DNA from: Halocafeteria seosinensis
Lineage: Eukaryota
Assembly: GCA_001687465.1 (NCBI GenBank)
Contig: LVLI01000231.1
Coordinates: 62,001-126,000 of the forward strand
Reading direction: 5' to 3'
DNA length: 64,000 nucleotides
The notes beneath the pieces are model-generated. The model was not told the DNA's origin. It ran no database searches and was given only the letters and a program-made list of their open reading frames with translations. The translations under genes and the position numbers were made by a program. Below are positions 36,601-49,186 of the stretch, piece by piece (position 1 is the stretch's first letter; every line of letters begins with the position of its first letter).

Positions 36601-38084
36601 CGCATCCGGAGGCTTCCACGGGTGTTGTAATACCTGTCGAATCGGTTTCTTCGTTGTCCATCCACTCCAATTTGAAGATTCTACATCCACGGCTCTTGGA
36701 ATGTGTGCTGTTTGCGGCAGCCCAGATGGGGGTTGCTCATGTTTGCTTCGTCGAGAAATGCCCATCTGAAGGATCGGGAGTGGATAACAGTGATTCTGTT
36801 GATTGGATAACTACGTATCATAATACAGATTGCGTACAATATCTGGTCGAAAGGTTCGCTCATGACGCGCAAAAACTACTTGGTAGCATTTGTGTTTGGA
36901 TCTCTGGAAACGACACGCGACAAGTTTCATCCGTAGCCAAGTCGAACTCAGAACTTGGTCAGTGTGCCACGGCGTTTCGACGCGCTAGCAGAGTGGATAC
37001 AGAAAACAGACAGCGAATTGTGGCATGGGCGTGTGTGGATAAACAGCTGAGGCATCAGAAAATGGTACAGTACTACCGCCAATGTTTCGCCATGGCAGGC
37101 GCCAACCCAGAGAAGGTAAGGCTCGAAACTCCTCCGAATGAAGTTTGGTTTGAGAGGGACATGTCGGATGGGAAACCACAGTTACGTGATTTTGAGGAGC
37201 TCAATCTCTCTGACTGGTTTATAAAACAAGACAAGATAGCAGCGTTTCTATTTGTGGATGTTGAGGCACAAGCTATTGTCCCACCGTCACGAAATGCTTG
37301 GACCGACCCGAATATTGTTGGGGTCCATTTCCGCCTACCGAAGTTCAAAGGGGTAAAACATCGACGAAGTGGAGCTTTTTGTGATAAAGAAACAGATTTA
37401 TGGAAAAACTTTCAAGCAGTAACACTGTCTCTGTTTCCACCATCACCAGACTCTTTAGTTGAGCTGGGAGAAGTCGATGTGCCGTTGGGTAACCGCCATC
37501 CATGGATTGACCGGCGCTTAACAGCATTCGCACCTATATCTAAGTATCTTAAATGCTGGAATGTTCATTCGAAGACGCACCATGATTGCAAAATTAAGCT
37601 GGACTTTAACGGCTCTCTCTTGCTTAAGGAGTTACAAGAAGTCTACCCCGACTTTGCGCAACTCGTGGGATCGATTGAATTAGAGGAGGAAGGTACTCGA
37701 TATGTACTGCGCAGCAAAGTGGATAGCATCGATATGCACTTTTCATCCCTGGCATATGGAGCAGAAGATTCTGGCAGCAGTTACTGGATCGACACGATGA
37801 TCAGGGCTCTGGCCGCTCTGCTAATCAGTCGTTCGTTGTCACGCCATAACTCAGGGGCACCCATCCGATTAAACGCCACCAAAGACCATCCGCCTTTCTC
37901 CGCTCTCTATACCAACGCTAATACTTCTGATAGGAACAAGACTAGGGTATTTAAACTGATGCTTAAGCGGGTACCACAGCCGTGTTTTACACTCAGCTGG
38001 GCTGTTCTGAAGCAGCTATCGACAGCGGCAATACAGCAAGGGAGAAGGTCTCTTACGCCGTTCTACGATTTTATTGCATCCTAA
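33612..38084 (+). CDS. MED14: Mediator subunit 14-like (conserved N-terminus, divergent remainder)
   Basis: VVPLTHVVHSVTDKCYEELVVL..KQKLLQCLKQTKLRLLKISALLHWW matches the Med14 N-terminal pattern. The two ORFs join via a GTACGT..TCAG intron near 35278-35359. Confidence 0.65.
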
Positions 38085-38094
38085 TCAATCGAGA

Positions 38095-40259
38095 CTAATT
38101 GAATTTGATGAAAGCGCGAACAGTTACTTCCGGTGTGTACCGATAAAGGGCACCAAGTTCGCGAGTAACGATTTCCTGCCCGGCATTTGTTAACTGCGGA
38201 GCAACTAGCGGCGATAAATTGCGCAATTCTAAGAAAAATGGCAAGATCCGAGCAATCGACAGCTTCGATCGACTTTCTCCGTTTTCACCATCCTCTTCTG
38301 CAAATCGACAGTAGCGATGGTGATCTAGTTTTGGTCTCACCTGATCAAGAGGAACCCATGAATGCGTTTCTGGACATAGTAGCTCTGAGGGTTGGTATTC
38401 CCCTTTATATCGCATCTTCTGGCAGCTATGGATATAATAGCCCATGCAATAGTAATGTAGATGTGGCCGAAGTGTTGCTGCTTGCTGAACCCATTGTATT
38501 TCACGCAAAGCACTGTATTTTCCAAGCTCTAGCCAGTAATAGTCTGGGTCGTAGAACACATAGACACTCGAGAGACAGGAGGGCAAGATATCCACAACTG
38601 CGACCGCTACAAGCACTCCATCATAGTAATACTTTTGGTGGAAAGTTCCCATCCCTATTTGAAGGTTGTTTTCTACCGATTGCTTGTCTACTGACACCGC
38701 GTTCGTGTTGGAAGTGAATCCGGACGGACACTCTATGTTCGCCGGTGCCTTGAGATCTTTTCTTCGCTCTAGCGCAATCCTCACTCGTTCCTGCCTGCTC
38801 TTTAGCAAACGCTCCAGCTTCCCAGTTTGTTGATCCAGTTTGGCGTAGAATTCGGAAGCCGAAATATCCTCTTCACATTCCGGTGGCATCTCTCCGAAAA
38901 CCTCCACAAGAACAGCATGGACAGTTTCAACGTTCTCTTTTGCCAGTTCATCTAGCACTGCACCTACTGTCTGTAGTTCCCCATCCAACATTAACGCACA
39001 GAAGCGGATAGCACTCCGCGGGACGCCTAGTTGCAGAAACTTGGATTCCAAGACTTCTAGAATGGAAGTATTCACTCCTTCCTCACGGGAATAACCAAAT
39101 GGCAGCTCCGGCAATTCCTCATTAAATGGCTCGTTAATTAATGGGGATTCGACCAAGAAGCGCTTGTAACCCTTTGCTGAGACCTCGTCAGGCCCTTCTT
39201 TGTGGATTTCCATTTGATACTTCCGGAACAGCTGGTATGACTCTTCTTCGTACTGCGCTTTCACCATTTCCACTCTTAAGCTGTGCTGGCTATTACTACC
39301 TGACTCTGTTGTGAGCGATTCTGGGCCACTAGAGTGTTGAAACATGCAGTCCAGGCTCAAATTCAGCTCAATTGTAACGAACCCTTTTCCAGAGGACTGT
39401 ATTGTATGTACTTTGTCTTTGTTGGACATGTGCTCAACTCTCTTTTTCATCACTGTAGCAAGGGTGGTGGCAATATCGTCAGAGGCACTAACGTTTTCGG
39501 CACTACTTCGTTTCCGAAGCACTGCGTGGGTCACCAAAGCGACATTACATGATACCCTACAGCGTGCTTCCGCAGTGGAATCATTGAGGTTGCCTTTTCC
39601 CATAGGTTTCACTTGTATCTTATCCCGAGGTAAAGATTCAGGATCGCTGTTCAAAAACTCGTCGATGGCGGCTTGATGGGCAGTCTCACACAATTCAGCT
39701 TGTAGAGCTTTAAAGGTGTTGGGATACGTCTTCTGTTTCTTGCTATTCTTGCTTTCGGAAGAATCTGCATGTCCCGTCGATGTTTTTTCAGCAGCAGATT
39801 CTCTCCCTGGCGATGGTCTTAGGCCCTGAAGATGGCGATTAACCCTTTTCACAACCCGATTTTGCTGTTTTGAAGCTTGAAACTGTGACACGTCCAATCG
39901 TCTGCACCCAAAGAACCAGAGGCATATTTCAGTCCACGCTGTCGGGGATGAACTTCTCGATCCGGTACGTACATGGTGTAGTTGGGACAACAACTCTTTG
40001 AGTTTATTGGGTAGTACAGGATCTTTCCGGATCGACGCCATCCTCGAAACATCATATCTTGGTAGTCCACACATCTCATTCGGCTGCTCCGGCAGTAAAA
40101 TCTGCTTGCCACATGAACATCATCAAATCACTACTGAGGAGAACAAACACCGTGTGAGACAAGAAGTACATACTTGGGAGCAGTGTCGCCATCAGCTTTA
40201 CAGTATCCGCAAGAACTCCATTGCTCTCCAAATGGCTCCAAGATCGTAAGATTCTGCAT
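38095..40259 (-). CDS. ATE1: Arginyl-tRNA--protein transferase 1 with internal insertions
   Basis: SSCGYCK, YQDMMFRGWRRSG, SCCPNYTIRLD, LFRKYQMEIH, YKRFLVESPL, GTFHQKY..LVAVAVVDILPSCLSSVYVFYDPDY, MGYYIHSCQKMRYKGEYQPSELLCP; two introns. Confidence 0.95.
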
Positions 40260-40646
40260 TCTTGCTGCTTTACCACAAACGAAAACACTACAGCCCAACA
40301 AACAAGGATTTATTAATAGTGACTTTGACAATCATATAGGGGGCGATGTAGCTCCAAAACTGGCCCAAAATTCGACGTCAATGAAAAGTGAATCAATTGA
40401 TTGCACGGTCCTCTCCATCTGGTCAAAGTCATGCTCAGCCTTTGCAGTCAGTTCATGATGATTATGCATGTCACAGAGCAAATTTGAACACTTGTCGTGG
40501 CAACAACGACAACCCTCATTGAGTATTCTGTTTGGAAGAGACGTCGAAAGGAGAAAACGTAAGCAAGCGAACACATAGATTGCGTGCGTACGTCGCGCTT
40601 CATTACACTCATTCTCCAGCCGACGCAGCGTGATAACAGAGCTAAA

Positions 40647-40901
40647 ATGGCCTCGGTCGGGAAGAAAGTGGCCGATGGACTGCATAAAGTAACAGTTTCA
40701 GCGCTTATGCTTGCCACGTTAGGCGGAATCGGAGCTGTAGGGTATGGGTTATACTCACTCTACGTAGTACGGCCACGCGTTCAAGGCTTCGAAAACTATA
40801 CGCAATGGCTGGAAACGAAGAAGAAAGAAAATGAATCAGTACCCAGTAATAATAGCTCCATTGCCACTGAAGGACAAGAGAGCGCCCAAGAGAATCGTTA
40901 A
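40647..40901 (+). CDS. COX14-like cytochrome c oxidase assembly factor
   Basis: 84 aa, single TM; MASVGKKVADGLHKVTVSALMLATLGG resembles the COX14 N-terminus. Confidence 0.6.
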   Translation: MASVGKKVADGLHKVTVSALMLATLGGIGAVGYGLYSLYVVRPRVQGFENYTQWLETKKKENESVPSNNSSIATEGQESAQENR

Positions 40902-41507
40902 GACAGCGAGCAGCAACAAGGTTGAAGAGTGTCCACACACGTTACAGGACAGCAGCATGTGGGAGCAAACATGTTGATTCTTCAATATCTGTTCTCCACA
41001 AATGGATCGAAGACAGCCAAGTACCACGGATTGGGCTTTTCCTCAACAGGGAGGTTCAGTAGCCAGCGAAACCCCAAAAATACAAGTACCACCGCTGGAG
41101 CGGTGCGGACGTATAGTTGTACAACACACAACTGTACTTGTGCAACACTACGCCCCTCAAATATGCATATATCGAAGTAGAAACGGGGAGTATCACTAAA
41201 ATCACAATGAATGGTAATGAAGCTAAGGAAATTGCCGCGTCATTATTATGTTCGCATATATCCCGCTTTCCAGTTTTTAATTTTTTTTTGTCCTACTGAC
41301 ATACACCTGTGTCCTTCCACCTAAAGAGCTACCGGCGATAGCTGCGCCAGGGATCCTCGGTTTGCCAGTAATCCAATACAGCGGGAAGTAAGCGCTTCGA
41401 CGCCCAGAGCTCTCTACTGTCTGACCCGTACAGCAGAGACACGTCACTTACATCATTTGAGAATGTAGCGCCTCCAAAAAAATCTCTTTCCCGAGTTAGC
41501 CTTACAG

Positions 41508-42132
41508 TTATCCTAGGTTCATCGTTCCTATGCCTTCGTCTCCACCAACACTCATTCCTACATCGCCAGCGCTAACTGCCGTAGTGTCGACGACTTTGCC
41601 AGCATCTCTACTTGAGCCCTTCTTCTGCTTCTTCGGAGTGGAATTTGATGAGCTTGTGGAAGCTTTAGTAGCGGATGAGGAAGCTGTCTTGCCTTTAGCC
41701 TTAGTGGCTGATGCTGTGGCGTTTTGCTGAAGCTGGTTGGCCGAAATCGTTTGACTCCGGACGCGCTGTCTAGCCCTCTCATATTCCGAATACCTTTTGG
41801 CAGCCTCCTCCTTACTAAGAATACCATGTTCAATAGACCATACCAATGCTATGTCACATTCAGGTTTTTCTTTCAATAATGTTTCATAAAAGACTCTCTC
41901 ACCGGCACCCTGCGGTCATGATATTAATAAACAAATGCAAAAGGTTCAAAGACGTAGTCAACTGGCGGAGACTTACTGGGGACGGTGTCGGGTATTTTTG
42001 TCCTGCTTTCTCATAGAACTGTTGCTCCTGTGCACCACTCTCATCCTTTTCTCTTTCTCGCTTCTTCGATGTAGAAGACGCAGAGGAGGATTTAGCGTTA
42101 TCTTCCTCCTTTTTCGTCGTTTCTCCCGCCAT
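41508..42132 (-). CDS. Conserved uncharacterised small protein
   Basis: Spliced GQKYPTPSP|GAGERVFYETLLKEKP..ALVWSIEHGIL, a motif I recognise from a plant/protist uncharacterised family; one intron. Confidence 0.75.
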
Positions 42133-42569
42133 GATACAATGCAAGCAAGTTCAGATCCCGGACGATTAAGAAGAAAATTTAACACGATAGGCCTACTTTC
42201 CGTTTTCCTCTCTACGACAATAATTCGCCAACCTCATAACGTTTCACAAATACCACTCGATAACGCTGCTTCTGGCTTGTTATAATCGAATTGAGTTTGG
42301 TGTGAGGCAGCAAACAAATGTTTCAGATCTCAGAGGTACCTCAGGTACTTGTCCATCGTGCACCACATTACGTCAGCTACGTGGGAAAGAAGTGAACAAG
42401 GTAATAATCAAGTGACAGGACTAAAAAGGAAGGAGTTCGTCGTAAGTCGTTCCTCGTCTGATGAGAGTTGGCGAAGACTGTATTTTTCATATGGGTTGTT
42501 CTTTTTTGCTGAATGCCTGCGCAGAAGTTTGCTGTTTACACCCATACTCGCGAGTACAGTCGCTATAAA

Positions 42570-43122
42570 ATGTCGTCTCTATTTGGCGGAGGAAGCAGTG
42601 GAGATAGTGGAAGTGATAGCTACGGTGGACAAGGAGGAGGGCAGGGACAACAGATGTCCAGAGAACAGCAGCAATCAGCCCTTATGTAAGTGTCACAATG
42701 ATGCTACAAGTGATATGCCATGAAAGTAGACTTGCATGCATCATGTTTCCCTAAGGGGTCTGGGTAGATGTTCCTCCGTTGTTTAGTTTTTGGCTTGGAG
42801 AATCTGTATGTGCCTCACTTCTTCCTGTAACTTTTTTCTTATCGCAGGGCCATTGCCCAGCAGCAGCAACAAATGCAGGTACGTGGCTCTATCCATATGT
42901 GGGTTTGCTTAAATGGAATGTGCATGGTTAAAACTTTATTTGGCTCTTTCGCAGCAAATGATGCTCCGAGCAAACGAAGCAGCCTTCAAGATGTGCACCA
43001 GCAAATCAACTGCGGCAGACTTATCAAAGAAAGAGAAGCAGTGCATTAGAAACGCTGTGAGCAACTTTGTCGAAGCGAGGACACTTGCTATGCAAGAAGG
43101 TCAACAGCAAGGCTTCCAGTAA
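42570..43122 (+). CDS. Small Tim chaperone (Tim8/Tim13-like) with an incomplete twin CX3C motif
   Basis: Three exons; ..QMMLRANEAAFKMCTSKSTAADLSKKEKQCIRNAVSNFVEA follows small-Tim spacing (xFKxC..LSxxExxCxxxx..FxEA). Confidence 0.75.
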
Positions 43123-43714
43123 TAACCTGTCCACCCATCGAATCGCACCTTGACGAAGCAGGGGAAGAAAAAATACACAAACCGACAGCTAACGCGTCTT
43201 TCTCACTCTACCATGCACTTTCTATATCGTGTGTGCAGCGCGCATAGTTTCCGTTATACAAATAGTCTCTTGGACTCCTTGTGTCCTATACTGGACCGAT
43301 AGTAACCTAAAGCTGTGAAGTTGCAGCAGCTGCCAGGCGACGCCAGCTGGTCTAGCAACCTACAGAACACACTTTCATGCATTGTTAGTGAGCGCAATAT
43401 CCAATAGCGCATTTCAGATGCCCCTCTGTGTAGGTCTTTTCCTTGGGAATTGTGCAAGGAGGGGTTATTAGAGCATCAACCTTGGGGACAGCTCACCGTT
43501 GGGGGTTAATTGTTCGTGGTTACAAGGTTGAAGAGAAGAGGGTACCTGAACCCCTTCATAAGGTGTGATTACATACCTCTCGGACTCTCTTTGTTTCAAA
43601 AAACGAGATAGGTCTGCTGTATTCCAGGTGAGAACCCCTCGTAGGAGAGGTACAGATATCTCCACACTTTCTCGGAGAAAGTTTCTTTCGTTGAACTCCC
43701 TCTTGTGGTGCACC

Positions 43715-46700
43715 ATGAGCACGAATACCTCGTTCCATGAGGAGGAGGCAGATGCCAGCAAGAGCACAGATTGCACGAATTTCATTCCACAGTTCTACCG
43801 ACCGGCGATCTGCATGGTATGCTACCGTTCTATAGCGGAGCACTTTGATGAGTGGACCTTCATCCCCGGAGACCTGGAGCAGGACTCACCAGCCAAATAT
43901 GTCAATCAGGAAACAGGAGAAACAGTATTTGCAAAGACAAAATACCAAGTGCGAAAACGTGAATGCAGTACTGATAGACGTCCCAGTCACCTTACTGAGG
44001 ATGGTCCTAGTCAAAGCAGATCAACTCAAGGTGGCCAATCGTTCGCTTCCGAATCTTCTCAACCTGGTGATGGAATAGGGAAGCAGAAGAGTACAATCGA
44101 AACCCCCGTTGAAGACGAATGCGTCAAAGAAGGGAAAGTGGATGAGTCTAATCGGGAGAAAGACCCTGTCGCCGTGGCAAATGTTCCGGCCGTTGCTACT
44201 CAACAACCGCAGAAAGCGGCGTCACCTCGAAAGATCGAACAAAAGAGCATTTCTGTCACCTCTGCGAAAGTACAGGGAGAACCTATAAAACCTACCATGT
44301 ACACACCTGAAAAAGTACAGTCGGTGACACTGTCGTCGACCCCTGTTAGCCCGGTGTACTCGATAGAGCCTCATGCCACGCACTCCGTTTCGAAAGGCAG
44401 CGTAGGTGTAGACAAAATGGACCAGGAGGGCTTTACTGCAGTTCAGCCAGTTGTATCCCCAGTCAAGATATCGAGTGTAAAAGCGAACAACGCTTCTGTG
44501 TCACAGTCACAGGTGGAGGGCAATGACATTTGCACAGATAGTGGTCGCTCACTCTCTAAGGACTCGGATTGGTCACTCTCCAGTCAAACGGGGCATTCTA
44601 CGTTTAGCTATGAGGAAGGGAAGAAAACAGCTATCGAATTTAGGACAGCTCGGAGTAGTCTAAGCACAGGACATGAACACTGCTACTGCAATCACCCTAA
44701 ACCACCCTTACCCCGGGAAGGTCGGCCATCAGGGCATCAATCTGGAAAAGAATACCACGGGAAATACGCCAGCAAGATATCTTCATCGAAATCAACAAGG
44801 GGCTCCTTGACAACGCAGCAGAGCCCGCAGGTTGAAGATATAGATGAAGATGTAGATATCCCGGATGCAGAGGAAGATGAAGACTTCGCAAATATGGACG
44901 ATCTCGCCGCGACCCAGTACGATTCCTCTTCTATGGGACAGAAGGGGTCTCATGGATCGTCTCGATTTGATGCGTTCCCCGTCGATGATCCGGCATTTGT
45001 GGATCTGGCGCAACTAAAGAGGTACGTGTTCTGCGTTGTTGTCGCGAAGAGCCATCGGGCTAAAGCCAAAAACTGCTGTATTTCACAGAGAATTTCCTTC
45101 GATAGAAATTGCCCGAGTGTGGCAGCATTTGCCCTCTTTCTTGCAAACTGCGTGGCAACTTAAGGATATAGCTGAAATCAAGGAAAGTGAACGGGACTCA
45201 CGAGCAGGAGCAACCTCGTTTCGGGATGATTCCATCCATATCCCCGCAAACTCACCTAGCAGGGTAGTGTGTGGACTCTTGATCATGGCGGGAAATTATC
45301 TGTTCTTCGTTCAGGTAAATGCGCCGAAGTGTCTACTTTCTGTTCTTGCCGGATGCATATGCGTTACTTGTTATGTATGCAGCCTAACTGTCTTCATCCC
45401 TCTTATGGCATCCTACAATGGATATGCCCGATATCTAGTATATCCTCAGTGCACATCCAGCTGGCGAAGGACAGTAGCTCACTAGGACGTGCCTCCCAGT
45501 ATATGGATTTGTCCCCCAATATGGGAGTGAGGGATATAAAGGTATCTACTTGGGCGGAGTATTTAGCAGCCAATGGGCTACCTAATGCATGGGATGACAT
45601 AGTAGCTAAGGGTGGTGGAAGCAGTGTTACACGACAAAAACGCCCGTCTATTTTTGCACGCGCACTTGGTAAGCAGGATACGAAGGTCCCATCGACCTTC
45701 CTGCAGCACTCCCCAGCCGCTCGACCGCAAGAAACAGTTGTAGCTTCTCTATTAACAAGCTACAAAGATAGCAATCAACTCCCCGAGTACGTCATCAGAA
45801 CAACCTCGCTAGCTCTTTCAAATGATACTGGAGCAGTCATGCAAGGGATAATGGAAAAATGTCCGACTGAAGAGCATCATCTAGTGAGAACGGCGAGAGC
45901 GTCCAGCGAACATTACCAGAAGCAGAAGCGTTCTTCTTTGTCAACGGTGAAGAACTGGAGAGCATTTCAGGGGAGTGCTTGGAAGAAGCGATTCTTTGTT
46001 TTGCGTAACGGCCAGCTAGAATACCACAATTTGCCGAAAGACTCGTCAACGTATACGTATGGAAGAAGCGTTCCACCCTCATCAGAAATGAAAGGGTCTA
46101 TCACTTTAGATGGGTGGACTGAAGTTTTCTTCTTAAACCAGTCCGAAGACGAATGGTCTATCAACAATGTGGAAGCCGATGATTTGCGTTCAACCGTCTT
46201 CGGTCTGCGGACAGCAACCTCGCATCATCTTTTCAGAGTGTCCGATCCAGATACGGCCAAAACATGGGTTCGCCGTATTCTAGCAACTTCCCACTTAGCA
46301 TGCTACCAAAACGAATTCCCTCAAAGTGTCATTTTCGAATCTCCTGAGAGCGCAAGAGGATTCTTTCAGCCCTTGCAAACTAGCAGCGTCATCGACGATA
46401 TACAGTCAGAGATTCCCCCACGAGCTCCAGATACCGACAACGACCGAAACTTAGCGGAGAGCCTGTCAGAAATGTGGAAGGCGGAAGAGAGTGTCCAAGA
46501 TCCTACATTGGAAAGCATTGCCCAAGTTATCTCGGAGGAGAACACACTAGCCGCTGAAGTATCTGGAAATAACGAAACTCCTTTATGGGAGTATTTGACA
46601 GGCGAAAGTGACACCGAGGGCCCTTATAACGAAACAGAAATGCGAGAGTTATTCATGCAGGGGGAAATAGACTGGTCGACTATGGCCCGTTGCCTCACAT

Positions 46701-47094
46701 ACATCCCTTCTGTAGACTACATTGCAACTAATAGGAGCGCCGACGAAACCGAGGCAATATTCCTTCCCGTGGAAGTACTCTTCCGGGATGGCACACGCTC
46801 CGTGTTTGATTGTACTGGCAATTGGATTTCCGCTTACAAGTAAGTTTCTTCCGCTATAGTTTAGAAACCTTCGGAAACCTCAAACCGCATTTGTTCGTAT
46901 TGCTATGCAGCATGGAAGTACAGTATCAACGCCTCATAATTGATGCTGTGGAGCTGGGCCTACCGTTCAATATGGTCCGGAAAGCTGTTGACGAGATGAG
47001 GTCAGCAACGATCCCGCCGGATTTAGCGACACTTCTGGATCGTCTACGTACAGCGGAAGGGGAAGAAGTTGTCGAACGAGCAAACGCACACTGA
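43715..47094 (+). CDS. Multidomain adaptor: N-terminal Cys/His module, WW-like segment, low-complexity linker, PH/GRAM-like region, PH domain and GYF-like domain
   Basis: CTNFIPQFYRPAICMVCYRSIAEH; EWTF..YVNQETGET; PH WKKRFFVLRNGQLEYH..KGSITL..AKTWVRRI; WEYL..EGPYNETEMRELFMQGEI. Four exons via GT-AG introns. Confidence 0.8.
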
Positions 47095-47106
47095 GAAAGC
47101 CATCTA

Positions 47107-48860
47107 TCATACTGTTTTCCGTATTCCCCTGACCATGAACTTCACCAGCTCAATTGTCGCCAAAGTTAAATATAATGGTAATGTAAACACCGTCCACCTG
47201 GTATTCGAGACTTTAGCCTTTTCGTTTTTGACTCCTACCGTCTTCCAATTCAGCGCTCTCCGGCAGCACTTTCCAAGAAAGTACGAAGGTACGCGCAATA
47301 GACTCATTATGAGAGACGCAAAAGAGTCCCATATCTGCTTAAACAGGAGCGATACTTCCCCACGAGGAGGCTGTTTCTCTCTGGAGTCAGCGAAGAAAAG
47401 GGGCTGATATACAGGTGTCCGTTGAGGCTCGACATAACCCATCGTTAGCACAATCATAAACGGAAGACTTATCGCGTATAACCCAGCGTTCGTCAAAAAG
47501 TTGCCAAAAAATGACACGATAGTAATCGGTATGCCAAAGCCAACAAACCACAGCCAGCGCGCTTCCGCGAACCTAATCCTTTGCGTTAAGCTCCACTGCT
47601 CGAGACTCCATTTGTAATCGAATGCGACAAATGCATACAGAAAACAACTAATTGAAAAACTTAGAGATTGTCCTATCCCTGGTATGAACAAAGCGACCAT
47701 TGCCTGCAAGTAGAGTATTCCCGTTAGAACAATGCGGTACGCCATCTCTGACAGGGATTGCAAGATAATTTCGTAGTGACGAATCGGCGAAATATCGGTA
47801 GGAGGTTTGGTCACGTTTCCGTCTTGTTGGACTTCATAAATCCGGTGAGCTGCTTAGTATCGTAGTCAGAGAACCAAGAAATGCTGTGAATACAGTTATA
47901 CGCAGTAACAGACTAAGACACACATACCAAACTTAGCGACGTCGATGAACCAGACGCTGCTGAGCACGAAAGAAATAACGTAAAGAGGCAATATGCCACC
48001 CAAGTGGAAGATTAAATACGAAATCCATTGCGCAGCAACGAGCTGAGACATGCCACAGGCATACCATATTGCTGCGCTGTTATTGCCGTTTGACAAATGG
48101 TACCGCGCGACCCGAAGGATGTCCGACACAGTAAGTTGCCGGGTATCCAGGGAGAGTCCTACGGAGTCAGCAACGTTATTGATCAATGGAACTGGCAAAT
48201 CGGGGTACTGTAAACGTAAAGGAATAAGAAGGACAAACTTTTTTAAGTGCCCCACTGAAATGCAACATGTTGTGTGTCACGTCACGTACTGTTTGTAGCA
48301 AGTACCCTCCTACAATGACGGCGGTGTTCAATGCCAAAAGCTGATTTTCCATGTTACAGGCAGCACATAAGTAGTACAAGTTACTCCTTCGATGATTGTC
48401 GAACGCAGAGACACACGTACTTGCAGTGTTTTGACCCCAATTGCTCGACTTTGCGCATAGACCGGAAGTGTTCGATGGAGTGAGATTCCACTCTGCCCCA
48501 AAAAAATAAAAAATAAATAAAAAGCGAAAATCAGTGGCATCGGCCGACGCATGATGAGCCAAGAGAGACAACATGTAAACTCACCATGATTCCATCCCAC
48601 AACACGCCTGCAATGGAGCTGCACCAAACTCCGAAACTTCGTGCCGAATGGACGTCAACTTCCTCTTCCGTTCTACTGGCATTCTCTGTCTTTCCTCCCT
48701 CCTCTTCCACCTCCTCATGTCGGTGAGATTTGTGTCTCCTCTGACGCGTGTTTGTCCCGACACTAGCTCGTGGGGCTTTGGTATAGGAGAATCGCGTGGT
48801 AAACGAGGAGGAAGAGCCCTCCGTCTTGCCACTTCTCTGGCGGGGTGGATTATCGCTCAT
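47107..48860 (-). CDS. EI24: EI24 (etoposide-induced protein 2.4) family autophagy membrane protein
   Basis: ILPLYVISFVLSSVWFIDVA, SLSEMAYRIVL, YAFVAFDYKW..WSLTQRIRFAEARWLWFVGFGIP; several introns. Confidence 0.85.
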
Positions 48861-49186
48861 GACACTGCTTTCATTCCATAGGCATACATACATAAACTAT
48901 TGGTTAACACTACTTGTACCATATCATTGTAGTGGAAATGAGCAACAACAATGACGATGAACTTGGACACAATGAAATGTGAAGTCATCAGTAGGTAGGT
49001 ATATTACAACCATTATGGTACAACCAGTACATATCTCTCTCTACTCGACCTAGGTATTGTATAGACACCGCCAGATTGCTTCGTTGTGGGGTTCTATATG
49101 AGCAACTAGTTCTCGACTGACAATTTATTTATTTATTTATTTGTATATTGTTCATGTCCAGCTAGGACAACAACATACAGGAGAAT

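Noticed and set aside
40076..40288. Frame change or TGA near the ATE1 N-terminus
   Set aside because: Explained by a GTATGT..AAGCAG intron giving APK|FYCRSSRMRC.
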